Virus record (IMG/VR): IMGVR_UViG_3300031947_000012
Span: 1 to 39,737 of that record
Strand: one strand, 5' to 3'
From: a virus
Lineage: Duplodnaviria > Caudoviricetes
Length of the DNA: 39,737 nt
The translations under genes were made by a program, and so were the position numbers. Shown in pieces: positions 14,895-24,400 of the stretch (position 1 is its first letter; each line of letters begins with the position of its first letter). The notes under the pieces are model-generated. The model was not told where the DNA came from and ran no database searches. It worked only from the letters and a program-made list of their open reading frames with translations.

Positions 14895-16277
14895 GTGGAA
14901 ATAAAGTTTCCGTTTAACGGCTGGGAGGCGAGACCACACCAGAAACGGTTGTGGAATTACCTCGAGCAGGGCGGCAAGCGGGCGCTCGCGGTGTGGCACC
15001 GGCGCGCAGGGAAAGACGAAGTCTGCCTGCACCGGACGGCCGTTGCCATGCATGAGCGCCCGGGAAACTATTGGCATGCGCTGCCCGAATATTCGCAAGG
15101 CCGCAAGGCGATCTGGACGGCGATCAATGCCCACACCGGCAAAAGGCGCATCGACGAGGTGTTCCCGCCGCAGCTGCGTTCGACCGTCAACGATACCGAG
15201 ATGTTCATCCGGATGAAGAACGGCTCGACATGGACGATCATCGGCTCCGATCGTTATGATTCGACGGTCGGCGCCGGCGTGGCCGGTATCGTCTATTCGG
15301 AATTCGCGCTGTCCAATCCGAGCGCGTGGGCGTTTCATAGGCCGATGTTGGAGGAGAATAATGGCTGGGCGATTTTCATTACGACCCCCCGGGGACATAA
15401 CCATGCCAAGGCGATGTTCGACTATGCGCACACGCGCCAAGAAGGGGATCGAGGCTGGTTTTGCGAGCGGCTGACGGCGCGGGATACCGGCGCGCTGACG
15501 GAGGATCAGCTCGAAGAGGCGCTCGAGGAGTATCGCAGCCTGTACGGCATGGACGTCGGGACGGCGCAGTTTCAGCAGGAGTACGAATGCAGCTGGAATG
15601 CGGCCGTGCTCGGCGCCTTTTATGCGCTGGAAATCGCCGATGTGCGCCGCGAGGACCGTGTCACAGACAAGATCGAGGCGATGCGGAACCGCATGGTGCA
15701 TCGGGCCTGGGATCTCGGCATCCGCGACGATACCTCGATCTGGTGGTTCCAGTATCAGCCCAACGGTCAATGCTACATCCTCGACTGCGTGTCGGCGTCG
15801 GGTGTCGGCGTCGAGTATTTCGCGGCCGAGGTCGAGGCGAGGCGCAAGGCATATGGCTGGAAGGATGGCGACGATTGGGTGCCGCCCGATGCGAAAGTGA
15901 AGGAGTGGGGCAGCGGGCGCACCAGAATAGAGACGATGCGCGAGCTCGGGCTCCGTCCCAATTTGATTCCGCAAAGCACGATCGCGGACGGCATCAACGC
16001 GGCGCGGCGGCTGCTTCCGGTGTGCGTGTTTCACTTGAGATGCAAAGAGGGCATCGAGGCGCTCGAGCAATACCGCAGGGAATGGAATGACGAGGCCAAG
16101 ACGTTTCGAGCCAGCGCCGTACACGATTGGTGCTCGCACTATGCGGATGCGTTTCGCTACCTCTCGTTGTCTCGCCATGACGATATCCGTAAGGTTGTTA
16201 GGCGGCCGCAGCTCAGGAGCGGCCTCGTCATTCCGCCGCCGCGGGAATATCCCGCCAGCCGCGGCATGGTTTTCTAG
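14895..16277 (+). CDS. terL: Terminase large subunit
   Basis: Walker A WHRRAGKD, Walker B GIVYSE, FITTPRG, nuclease WDLG..D and H.ADAFRY. GTG start inferred. Confidence 0.95.
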   Translation: MEIKFPFNGWEARPHQKRLWNYLEQGGKRALAVWHRRAGKDEVCLHRTAVAMHERPGNYWHALPEYSQGRKAIWTAINAHTGKRRIDEVFPPQLRSTVNDTEMFIRMKNGSTWTIIGSDRYDSTVGAGVAGIVYSEFALSNPSAWAFHRPMLEENNGWAIFITTPRGHNHAKAMFDYAHTRQEGDRGWFCERLTARDTGALTEDQLEEALEEYRSLYGMDVGTAQFQQEYECSWNAAVLGAFYALEIADVRREDRVTDKIEAMRNRMVHRAWDLGIRDDTSIWWFQYQPNGQCYILDCVSASGVGVEYFAAEVEARRKAYGWKDGDDWVPPDAKVKEWGSGRTRIETMRELGLRPNLIPQSTIADGINAARRLLPVCVFHLRCKEGIEALEQYRREWNDEAKTFRASAVHDWCSHYADAFRYLSLSRHDDIRKVVRRPQLRSGLVIPPPREYPASRGMVF

Positions 16278-16286
16278 GAGCATTGT

Positions 16287-18635
16287 ATGGTTGAAGGCGA
16301 CCAGCCTCCTATCCAAGAGGATAGGCGGGAAGATGATTTTGAATTCGACCCCTCTATAGAGCCGAAAAGCGCCAAGGCGTGGCTCAACCTGATCAAGGAA
16401 AGTGAAGACGCGTTCGAACAGTACAACTATCATTGCGATAATATCGACCGCAACTATGCCAACCTGATGCGCCTTGGCGACCGCGCGCGGCCCAAGGAGT
16501 TTCAGATGTATTGGGCCAACGCATCGGTGTTGCAGCCCTCGATCTACGCGCAGCCGCCGGTGCCGGTGGTGACGCCGAAGTTTCTCGACCGCCGGCCGGT
16601 CTATACGGCGGCATCGGAAGTGCTCGAGCGCTGCTGTCAGGTGGCGTTCGATCTCGCCAATATCGACACCCTGATGAAGTTGGTTCGCAACGACCTCGCC
16701 ATGATCGATCGCGGCGTGGCCTGGCTGCGCTACGAGTCCAAGAAGGATTATGAGCCGGATTCGGAATATGCCACCGAGCGGGTCTGCATCGACTTTAAGG
16801 ATCGCAGGGACTTCCTGCACAGCCTGTCGCGCAACTGGCGAGAGGTGACGTGGGTCGCTGCTGCCTCCTACATGACGCGCAAGGAGGCGCGCGAGCGCTT
16901 CAAGCCCTATAGCGGCGACGAATATCAGGACGCCGACTACGTCATCGACCGCGATGTCAACGAGGTCGGCGGCACCGACGAGAGAGAGCGCGCCAAAATA
17001 TGGGAGATCTGGGACAAATCCTCCGAGCGGGTGGTCTGGGTCGCGGAGGGCTGCGAGAACATTCTCGACGAGAGTGATCCGCACCTCGACCTCAGAAACT
17101 TCTTTCCATGCCCCTGCCCAGCGTATGGGACGGTGCAGCGCGGAAGCTTGGTCCCCGTGCCGGACGTCTTGCAGTACAAGGATCAGCTCGACGAGATCAA
17201 TTTGCTGACCTCGCGGATCCACGCGCTGTCGGAAGCGGTGGTGGTGCGCGGCTTCTATCCAGCCGGCGGCGGCGAGGTGGCGGAGGCAATTCAAGCGGCG
17301 ATCGCCACCAATACCCCAGGGGAAGTGCTCGTTCCAATTAAGAATTGGGCGACATTCGGGGCGACGCAGGATCCGATCCTGTGGCTGCCGATCGACACCA
17401 TTGCGCAGACCATCACCGGCCTCGTCGCGCTGCGCCAGCAGATCGTGCAGGACATCTATCAGATCATGGGCCTCTCCGACATTATGCGGGGCTCGACCTC
17501 GCCGGAGGAGACGCTCGGGGCGCAGCAACTCAAGAGCCAGTACGGCTCGGTCAGGATCCGCGACAAGCAGCAGGAGCTGGTGCGACTGTCGCGCGACATC
17601 GTCGAGATCGCCAGCGAGATCATTACCGAAAAGTTCTCCAAGGTGACCATCATCAAGATGTCGCAAACCCAATTGCCGACCGACGCCATGGTCAACGACC
17701 GCATGCGCGTGATCGAGGGCCAGATCGCTATGATGCAGAAGCAGATGAATCAGGCGATGGGCTCGCCCCAGGCTCGCCAAATGATGCAGCAGGATCCCAA
17801 TCAGGCCGGCCAGATCTCCGATCAATCGCAACAGCAGTTGCAGGACGCCCAAGACGAATTGCGCCAGCTCGCCGAGGCGCCGACGATCGAGCAGGTCTTC
17901 ACGTTCCTCAGTGACAACAGGGCGAAAGCTTTCGTGTTGGATATCGAGACTGACAGCACCATTCTCGTCGACGAGATGGGCGAGAAGCAGGCTCGCAACG
18001 AGTTCATCGGCGTGCTCAGCCAGCTCTTGCCGCAGCTCGGGCAATTGATCAGCGCGGCGCCGGAAACCGCGGATTTCTGCGCCGAGACGCTGAAGTTCTC
18101 CACTGCGCCGTACCGTGCCGGCCGCAGCATGCAGAGCGCCATCGACGATCTCGCCGAGCGCATGAAGCTGAAGAGTGGCCAGCCACAAGGGCCGGACCCG
18201 ATCACGGCGCAGAATCAGGCCGCAATCCAGATCGAGCAGATCAAGAGCCAGACTTCGCTGCAGAACAAGCAGGCCGACCTCCAGTTCAAGGCACAGGAGC
18301 TGGCGCAGGCCAACCGCCACAAGCAGATGGACATCGCCAGTCAGCAGAGCATCGCGCAGGCCAAGCTGCAATCGGCGACCGTCGACCAGCAGGCCGATGT
18401 GCGGGTGCAAGCGCAGAAGGTGGTGGAGAGCCGCGAGGCGCACCAGCTGAATATCCTGAAGGCCCAGCAGGACATGCAGTTGCAGCGCGAGAAGGCCGCC
18501 AACGATCAGCGCGAGAACGAGGCCGATCGCGCCGCCAGCCGGCAGCAATCGATGATCAAGGCGATGCAGCCGCCGGCGCCAAGGGCACCTAGTGGCGCGC
18601 CACTAGGCGCGCCTAATCCGTACAAGGGGCTATAG
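16287..18635 (+). CDS. Portal protein with C-terminal Gln-rich coiled-coil barrel
   Basis: 782 aa directly after terL; AGGAG RBS; GLSDIMRG...ETLGAQQLK; P22-like helical tail. Confidence 0.9.
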   Translation: MVEGDQPPIQEDRREDDFEFDPSIEPKSAKAWLNLIKESEDAFEQYNYHCDNIDRNYANLMRLGDRARPKEFQMYWANASVLQPSIYAQPPVPVVTPKFLDRRPVYTAASEVLERCCQVAFDLANIDTLMKLVRNDLAMIDRGVAWLRYESKKDYEPDSEYATERVCIDFKDRRDFLHSLSRNWREVTWVAAASYMTRKEARERFKPYSGDEYQDADYVIDRDVNEVGGTDERERAKIWEIWDKSSERVVWVAEGCENILDESDPHLDLRNFFPCPCPAYGTVQRGSLVPVPDVLQYKDQLDEINLLTSRIHALSEAVVVRGFYPAGGGEVAEAIQAAIATNTPGEVLVPIKNWATFGATQDPILWLPIDTIAQTITGLVALRQQIVQDIYQIMGLSDIMRGSTSPEETLGAQQLKSQYGSVRIRDKQQELVRLSRDIVEIASEIITEKFSKVTIIKMSQTQLPTDAMVNDRMRVIEGQIAMMQKQMNQAMGSPQARQMMQQDPNQAGQISDQSQQQLQDAQDELRQLAEAPTIEQVFTFLSDNRAKAFVLDIETDSTILVDEMGEKQARNEFIGVLSQLLPQLGQLISAAPETADFCAETLKFSTAPYRAGRSMQSAIDDLAERMKLKSGQPQGPDPITAQNQAAIQIEQIKSQTSLQNKQADLQFKAQELAQANRHKQMDIASQQSIAQAKLQSATVDQQADVRVQAQKVVESREAHQLNILKAQQDMQLQREKAANDQRENEADRAASRQQSMIKAMQPPAPRAPSGAPLGAPNPYKGL

Positions 18636-18644
18636 GAGGCGATC

Positions 18645-19070
18645 ATCGCCACGTTCAACAAGTATAACGCCTTCATCGATGCGCTGTGCTCCGGCGGCCA
18701 CAACCTGAAGACCGCGGCCTACAAGGTGGCATTGACCAACACCGCGCCATCAGCGGCGACCGACACCAACTGGAGCGCCGGCATCTATCCGCCGCCCGCG
18801 GCCGCCAACGGCTACCCGTCGGGGGGTGCGACGCCAACGGTGACCACGGCGACGACGACCGGCGGCGTCTTCAAGCTGGCGCTGCAGGATCTGGTGTTCA
18901 CGGCGACATCGGGCGGCATCGGGCCGTTCCGCTACGTGATCCTCTACAATGCCAGCGCCGGCAATGGATTGCTTGGCTTCTATGACTACGGGTCGAGCGT
19001 GACACTGAATGCGACCGACACGTTCACGACCGATTTTGATGATACGTCAGGCGTGCTTACCGTTTCTTGA
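18645..19070 (+). CDS. Virion structural protein with apparent ATC start
   Basis: AGGAGG then ATC GCC ACG TTC AAC AAG; recalled family begins MATFNK...KVALTN...NGY..GG...GPFRY.VLYN. Confidence 0.75.
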   Translation: MATFNKYNAFIDALCSGGHNLKTAAYKVALTNTAPSAATDTNWSAGIYPPPAAANGYPSGGATPTVTTATTTGGVFKLALQDLVFTATSGGIGPFRYVILYNASAGNGLLGFYDYGSSVTLNATDTFTTDFDDTSGVLTVS

Positions 19071-19686
19071 CAGCGGAAAGAGCTTCTTCGCCTGTCCATC
19101 CACGTTGGAGTCGATCGGAGATCGTCGCCGGATGTATCGAGAGCAACTCACTCCATTCAATGATGGTTTTGGTGACGCCATTACAGGTGATCAGACGATT
19201 GATTTTCGAATTACGGCATTGCTGCTTTTGGCTAGCCCACCGGCAATTCTCGGGAGAATAGGGGCCATCGTTGTTAATGCGATCGAGGGATTTCTTGGCT
19301 GGTTTCTCGCCCATGTCCGCGAGAAACGCTTCGAAAGAGTTGAGCCATCGCTCGCAAACGATGATGCCGCGGCCGCCATACAGGGAATAGTTCTTATGCA
19401 GCGGATTGGTGCATCTCGACTTCATTCCGGCCCACGTATGGTAGGTCGGACTGATGCCGTTGGTGGCGTGTCCGTGTTTGGTGCTCCGCGCTACTGTAGC
19501 GTCTATGTTCGCGCAGCCGCAGGAGCCACCGCTAGGCCTTTTGAGCGAAGCGCCCTGAACGATGCCACATTTGCCGCAGCTGCATTGGCAGCGCCATCGT
19601 GTCTGTCCGGCTATCGAATTGTGGGCTCGGCCGAGCACGGTCCAACGACCGAATTTACGGCCGGTGAGATCAATCAATTTGGTCAT
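19057..19686 (-). CDS. Free-standing HNH-type homing endonuclease
   Basis: DLTG.KFGRWTV, W.C.CSCG, MK.RC.NP, YGGRGI.VC.RW and SLDRINNDG.YSPENCRWA; lower GC; antisense to the operon. Confidence 0.88.
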   Translation of the reverse strand: MTKLIDLTGRKFGRWTVLGRAHNSIAGQTRWRCQCSCGKCGIVQGASLKRPSGGSCGCANIDATVARSTKHGHATNGISPTYHTWAGMKSRCTNPLHKNYSLYGGRGIIVCERWLNSFEAFLADMGEKPAKKSLDRINNDGPYSPENCRWASQKQQCRNSKINRLITCNGVTKTIIEWSELLSIHPATISDRLQRGWTGEEALSAVKKR

Positions 19687-19692
19687 GGAGCA

Positions 19693-19721
19693 AGCGTATC
19701 ACGCCATAAGTCGGTGGTAAA
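19693..19721 (-). promoter_or_regulatory. Putative promoter giving a leaderless HNH mRNA
   Basis: Minus strand TTTACC-N17-TACGCT-N6-ATG; no Shine-Dalgarno. Confidence 0.5.
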
Positions 19722-19739
19722 CGTTAACGGTGTCATGAC

Positions 19740-20270
19740 ATGGTCGACAAGGTCTGGACCAACCAGCATTGGGACATCGGCCAGTGGGATCAGGCGGTCT
19801 GGGACGCTCAGCTCGGCTTCAATGCTGCGCTCGGCGGCGTCGCGGTCAATGGCCAGCCGGCTAACCTCGTCCTCGGCCACCGGCTCGCGGCGGCGACCTA
19901 TGCCGTCACGGTCAATGGCATCGCCGCCACACTGCGCAGTGGGCGATCGGTCGCGGTCACCACAGGCAATGTTAGTCTTACAGGCTTTGCGACTGGCACT
20001 CTCGTCAAGCGCCACATGGCGGCGGATCCGGCCGCCGTCACGGTCAGCTTCCGCGATGCTGTGCTGCGCACCGGCCTCTCATTCACGGTCGACGCCGGCA
20101 GCGTCATCGTCAATGGCTCTGTGGCCGAATTCGTGGTGGGCCGAAACCTCGTCTGTGAGGCGGGGCAGATCAAGGTCAATGGCGTAGCGGGCGACTGCAC
20201 CCTGACAGCGTTCCGGCAGCCTGGAGAGATGAACTTCGGACTGCGGGCCGTGCTCCCGATGAGATGGTGA
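19740..20270 (+). CDS. Virion structural protein with N-terminal Trp pentapeptide repeat
   Basis: WTNQHWDIGQWDQAVWD followed by ~24-aa beta repeats (G.V.VNG..A.L). Confidence 0.7.
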   Translation: MVDKVWTNQHWDIGQWDQAVWDAQLGFNAALGGVAVNGQPANLVLGHRLAAATYAVTVNGIAATLRSGRSVAVTTGNVSLTGFATGTLVKRHMAADPAAVTVSFRDAVLRTGLSFTVDAGSVIVNGSVAEFVVGRNLVCEAGQIKVNGVAGDCTLTAFRQPGEMNFGLRAVLPMRW

Positions 20271-20318
20271 CAGAATGCCAGGGGCTGTTGAACATTCAAC
20301 CTAACAAAGGAGATAAAT

Positions 20319-20954
20319 ATGCCGCAGTCCGCCGTAACGGTCACGCCAGGGAATCCTACCCCACCCACCAATCTGTCCTTCGTCGGCGCGCGGCCGCCGC
20401 TCGATCCATTGCAGGCAGCGGTCGACGACGGCTTCGTCTTCAATGCGACGACGAATTTTTCGCAGAACGAAGTTTCCGCGAATCGCAACGTGTTCGCGGC
20501 CAAGACTGCGGCGGCGGGTTCCGGAACCTCGGTCGACCACGAGGGCAAGGGCAACGAGACGCTGTTCACGCAGAGCTATTCCAGCAGCATCCTGGCGCCG
20601 ATCGTCCTCACCATGGATGGCTGCGGCCCCGCCCTGACCCAAGGGACAATGCCGATCCCCAACCAGCTGCACGCCTCGACGCTGTCGCCGGCCACGAACC
20701 CGACGCTATCCTCGATCTCGCCGACCACGGCGGTCTCGGGCGCGACCGGCACCGATACGATCACGGCGACCGGCGTCGGCTTCAATCCGCAATCGGTGAT
20801 CTACCGCGACGGTATCAAGATGCCGACCACCTACGTATCCTCGACCTCGCTCACGGCTCCGGTGACCAAGCGCACCAGCGCGGGCGCCTCCAGCATCACG
20901 GTCGTGACCGGCGGCGTCGTGGGCACGGCGGCCCAAACCCTGACCTATTCGTGA
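20319..20954 (+). CDS. Virion protein with C-terminal IPT/TIG (Ig-like) domain
   Basis: PTLSSISP...IT.TG.GF...SVI...TTYVSST.LT; AAGGAG RBS. Confidence 0.8.
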   Translation: MPQSAVTVTPGNPTPPTNLSFVGARPPLDPLQAAVDDGFVFNATTNFSQNEVSANRNVFAAKTAAAGSGTSVDHEGKGNETLFTQSYSSSILAPIVLTMDGCGPALTQGTMPIPNQLHASTLSPATNPTLSSISPTTAVSGATGTDTITATGVGFNPQSVIYRDGIKMPTTYVSSTSLTAPVTKRTSAGASSITVVTGGVVGTAAQTLTYS

Positions 20955-20961
20955 GGGTCCG

Positions 20962-21462
20962 ATGGACAAGTTCGAAAGCATCAACGAGCCCGGGAAGAGC
21001 CGGCAAAACTTCTCGCCGCCAAGCATCAACGAGCCGCCGAAGTTGCCGGACGAGCCGGTCATCACGGCGCTCGAACCGAGCAGCTGCGCGATTGGCGACC
21101 CTGACTTCACCCTGGACGTGACCGGAACCGGCTTCTCGGCAGAGAGCGTGATCCACTTCGCCGGCCATGATGAGCCGACGGTGTTCAACGAACCGGACAC
21201 GCTCTCAACCGGCGTCAAGCCGTCGCTATGGACGGAACCGGCAACAGTGCAGTGCTCGGTCAGGAATGGGCCGGTTGAATCTGATCCGGTGGATTTCGTG
21301 TTCACGGAGGCAGCGACAGAAGAGAAGAAGCACACTGTCCATGCGGCCGATCCTGACGACCTCGAAGAAGAACTCGAGGAGGCCGAGGACGAGGGTGACT
21401 TCAAGCCGACGCACAGCCATCACGGGCGCAAGCCGCTCGCGCCCAAGCACCGGAAGAAATGA
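20962..21462 (+). CDS. IPT/TIG-domain protein
   Basis: PVITALEP...FTL.VTGTGF...SVI.F; charged tail. Confidence 0.8.
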   Translation: MDKFESINEPGKSRQNFSPPSINEPPKLPDEPVITALEPSSCAIGDPDFTLDVTGTGFSAESVIHFAGHDEPTVFNEPDTLSTGVKPSLWTEPATVQCSVRNGPVESDPVDFVFTEAATEEKKHTVHAADPDDLEEELEEAEDEGDFKPTHSHHGRKPLAPKHRKK

Positions 21463-24400
21463 ATGAGCCTCCCCGTCGTCACCGTTGCCAGCGGCGGCCT
21501 CCCCGTTGTTGACAATACGGCGAATGGCGTTGGCACGCCGGTTGACGAGGCGATCAACGGGTTCGGCACGGCCGTCACCAAGGCGCAGATCGGCATGCCG
21601 GTGGTTTACGGGATCGGCGCCGCTGCTGGCACGCCATTCGATCTGACGACCTATTTCGGTGCGCGCGTGCTGCGCGACTACAATGCCAACGATGCGACCA
21701 GCATCACGCTGTCCGGCAGCAATGTCACGCAGATCACGTCGAAGGGCGGAGGCAACGCGCTGACACCGCTATCATCGGGATTTGCAACCTATTCGGCAAC
21801 GGCGCGCAACGGTAAGCCAGGGTTCGTGTTCACCGGCAACGTAATCGAGCGCATGGGTGGCGCGACCACGGGCCTGCCAGGAGGGCTCGGGGCTGCGGCC
21901 GTCACCATGATCACCGTGGCGTTCTGCGATGCCACGATTGCGGGAAGCGCGGCCTCCATCGGCGGCTATGGCGGCGGATCGGTTTCGGGCGACAGCCGCT
22001 TCCAGAGCAAGATGGCCACCGACGTCGTGGCGTCCAACCTGTGGTCTGTCGACAATTCCACGACCACGTCGTGGTCCGGCGTCGATCATATCTTTGCTGC
22101 GGATTTTCAAGTCTCGGGCGTCTCAAATACGTCGATCGACGGCGCCACCGACACGCCCGCCTTCCAGTCCCCGTATACCGCAGTCGGCAACATTCCGACC
22201 ACCAGTCTGTCAAAATTCAGGTTTGGCTGTCGCATCGACGACACCCAGCCCTGGAAGGGCGTGATCCAGCGCTTCCTCATCATCAGCGGGACGCTGACGA
22301 CCATCGAGCTGGACAAGGTGTTCGGCCAGCTCGCCATCGAGCACGGCCTGTCCTCGATCCTGGTGGCTGGCAGCCCCTACAAGAGCACGCCGCCGACCGT
22401 TGAGGCCACGGCGACCTCCAGCGTGCCCGCGAAATACGCCACGCGCGTATTCTATAACGATTTCCGCAAGGGCATTTCGTTCCGGACCGGCTACTACCAG
22501 GGCAACGCGGCAGGGCTCAACGATCCCAGCGCCAGGGGCATCTGGGCGTTCAATCCGCTCGACTACATGACTTCGGACCACGCCGATGCCGATTTCGGCT
22601 ATGGCTATTTCATCAAGATGCAGCCCGCCTACAACTGGCAGGCGATCGAGCCGACATTTCCGACTTTCGGCATGGTCGATATCACCGACGCCGGTCTGGT
22701 CATGAAGGGCGGCGACCAGTTCCCGCTGGTCCGTGCCTCGCTGCCTGTCGTCGTGACGAGTCAAGGAAACAAGAAGCCGTTCGTGGCCTCGATGCTGGGC
22801 ACGACGCAGAGTGCCAAGTTCAAGCTGCCGTTCATGGTCAAGGTCAACGGCAAGTATGACCAGTATGGCGGCCCGACGGCATTTCCCGCACTGCTGTGGA
22901 CGCTGAACGACAAATATAACGGCGATTACAAGCTGACTGGATCGGCTGCGGGCAGTGTTCTCACGATCACGGCGATCCAGTCGAAACCGGCGTACTGGCC
23001 GAACCGGCTGCAGGTCGGGATGCGGATCAGCGGCAGCGACGGCACCAACTCGATCAAGACATCCAGTCCAAGCACTTACATTGCGTCTCTTGGCGCTGTG
23101 AACTCTGACGGCACCGGCACCTACAATCTGAACCAAGTGCAGCCAGCCAACGTCAATTCGTGCACAATCACCGCAGATCTTCAGCACTCCGAGCGCGATC
23201 TCACGGAGCTGTTCGGCATCCAGCAGAACGTCCGCATCGCGGCTCAGACCACACATATCTATAACACCTCGGCGGACGGGCTTGCGGGCGGCAGCGCGCG
23301 GTTCGACATGGGCGCCAGCCTCAATCCCTCGACCGGCTTGGTCGAGTTCTCGGCGGTCGCGCAGGCTGATTTCACCTATTTCTACTGCAACGGGATCGAG
23401 ACCGCGAAGGTGCCGATGTCGGCCTTTGCGTTCGACGGCACGGTGACGGACTGGCACCATCTGCTGATCAACTACGCGATCGGCTTCTCCTACGAGCGCT
23501 ACCCCGGCAATTTTACCGGATCGGTGACCGGCAGCGTGCTCACGGTGTCGTCGATCGACAGTTCGACCCGCATCGCGGTGGGCCAGACCTTGTCGGGCGC
23601 GGGCGTGACTGGAGGTACCACCATCACCTCGTTCGGCACCGGCGCCGGGGGCACCGGCACCTACAACCTCAACAACTCGATGACGGTGGCCGCCTCTACG
23701 CCGCTCAATGTCGATCCACCGGTGGTCGGACAGCTCTCGTTCACGGTGCAGGATATTTCGGTCTACAAGCAGTTTTCCGACCCGACCGATGTCATTCCGC
23801 CGAATCCGCTGGTGATCCTGCCGGTGTGGAGCGGCGGCCACGGTTTCGGCCTGGATTGCAACGTCGATCCGGCCTCTAGCCCAGGCACGGTGATCGGCAC
23901 CGCGACCGGCGCCGCCACCTACGTGATCAAGCCCTACGACAATACGTTTGGTGGCATCCTGGCGATGTCCGGCAGCAACATCGTCACGGTCGGCTCGCTC
24001 GCGAGCTATAGCGGCCAGAGCCTCAATTTCTACATCGAGGGCACCGATGCCTCCGGCTTCCCGACCACGGGGCCGAAGCGCACCGTGAATGTCGTCCCGC
24101 CAGTGGGGCCGGTGCTTTCCGGCGCTGGCTCGTCAAGTGTGACCGGCAACTCGGCCAGCATCTCGGTGACGACCGATACCGCAAACGGTACCCTTTACTG
24201 GGTTGTTTCCACATCATCGACGCCGCCGACCGTGGCGCAGATCCAGGCTGGCAACGACAGCACCGGAGCAGCGGCCAAGGCCTCGGGCAATCAGGCGGTC
24301 TCAGTCACAGGTGCACAGAGTGCCAATGTCAGCGGTTTATCGACGGGCGTCACCTATTTTGCCTATTTCACCCATGCCAATCGCTACGGCTACTCTTCTG

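Noticed and set aside
14807-14917. Short ORF with FDRRAYQRDYMRKWRKK before terL
   Set aside because: The motif looks like a real phage micro-protein, but no convincing start or RBS; the 14324 start is an off-frame reading of the Gly-rich gene.
14814-18548. 1244-aa minus-strand ORF
   Set aside because: Antisense shadow of terL and portal caused by GC-rich codon bias; no motifs or RBS.
19009-20187. 392-aa plus-strand ORF spanning the HNH
   Set aside because: Antisense to a clear HNH gene and out of frame with 19740-20270; no recognisable features. I also saw no group I intron core here.
22210-23841. 543-aa minus-strand ORF and similar long antisense ORFs (5904-6860, 13723-14817, 37077-38075)
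   Set aside because: Shadows of well-supported plus-strand genes.
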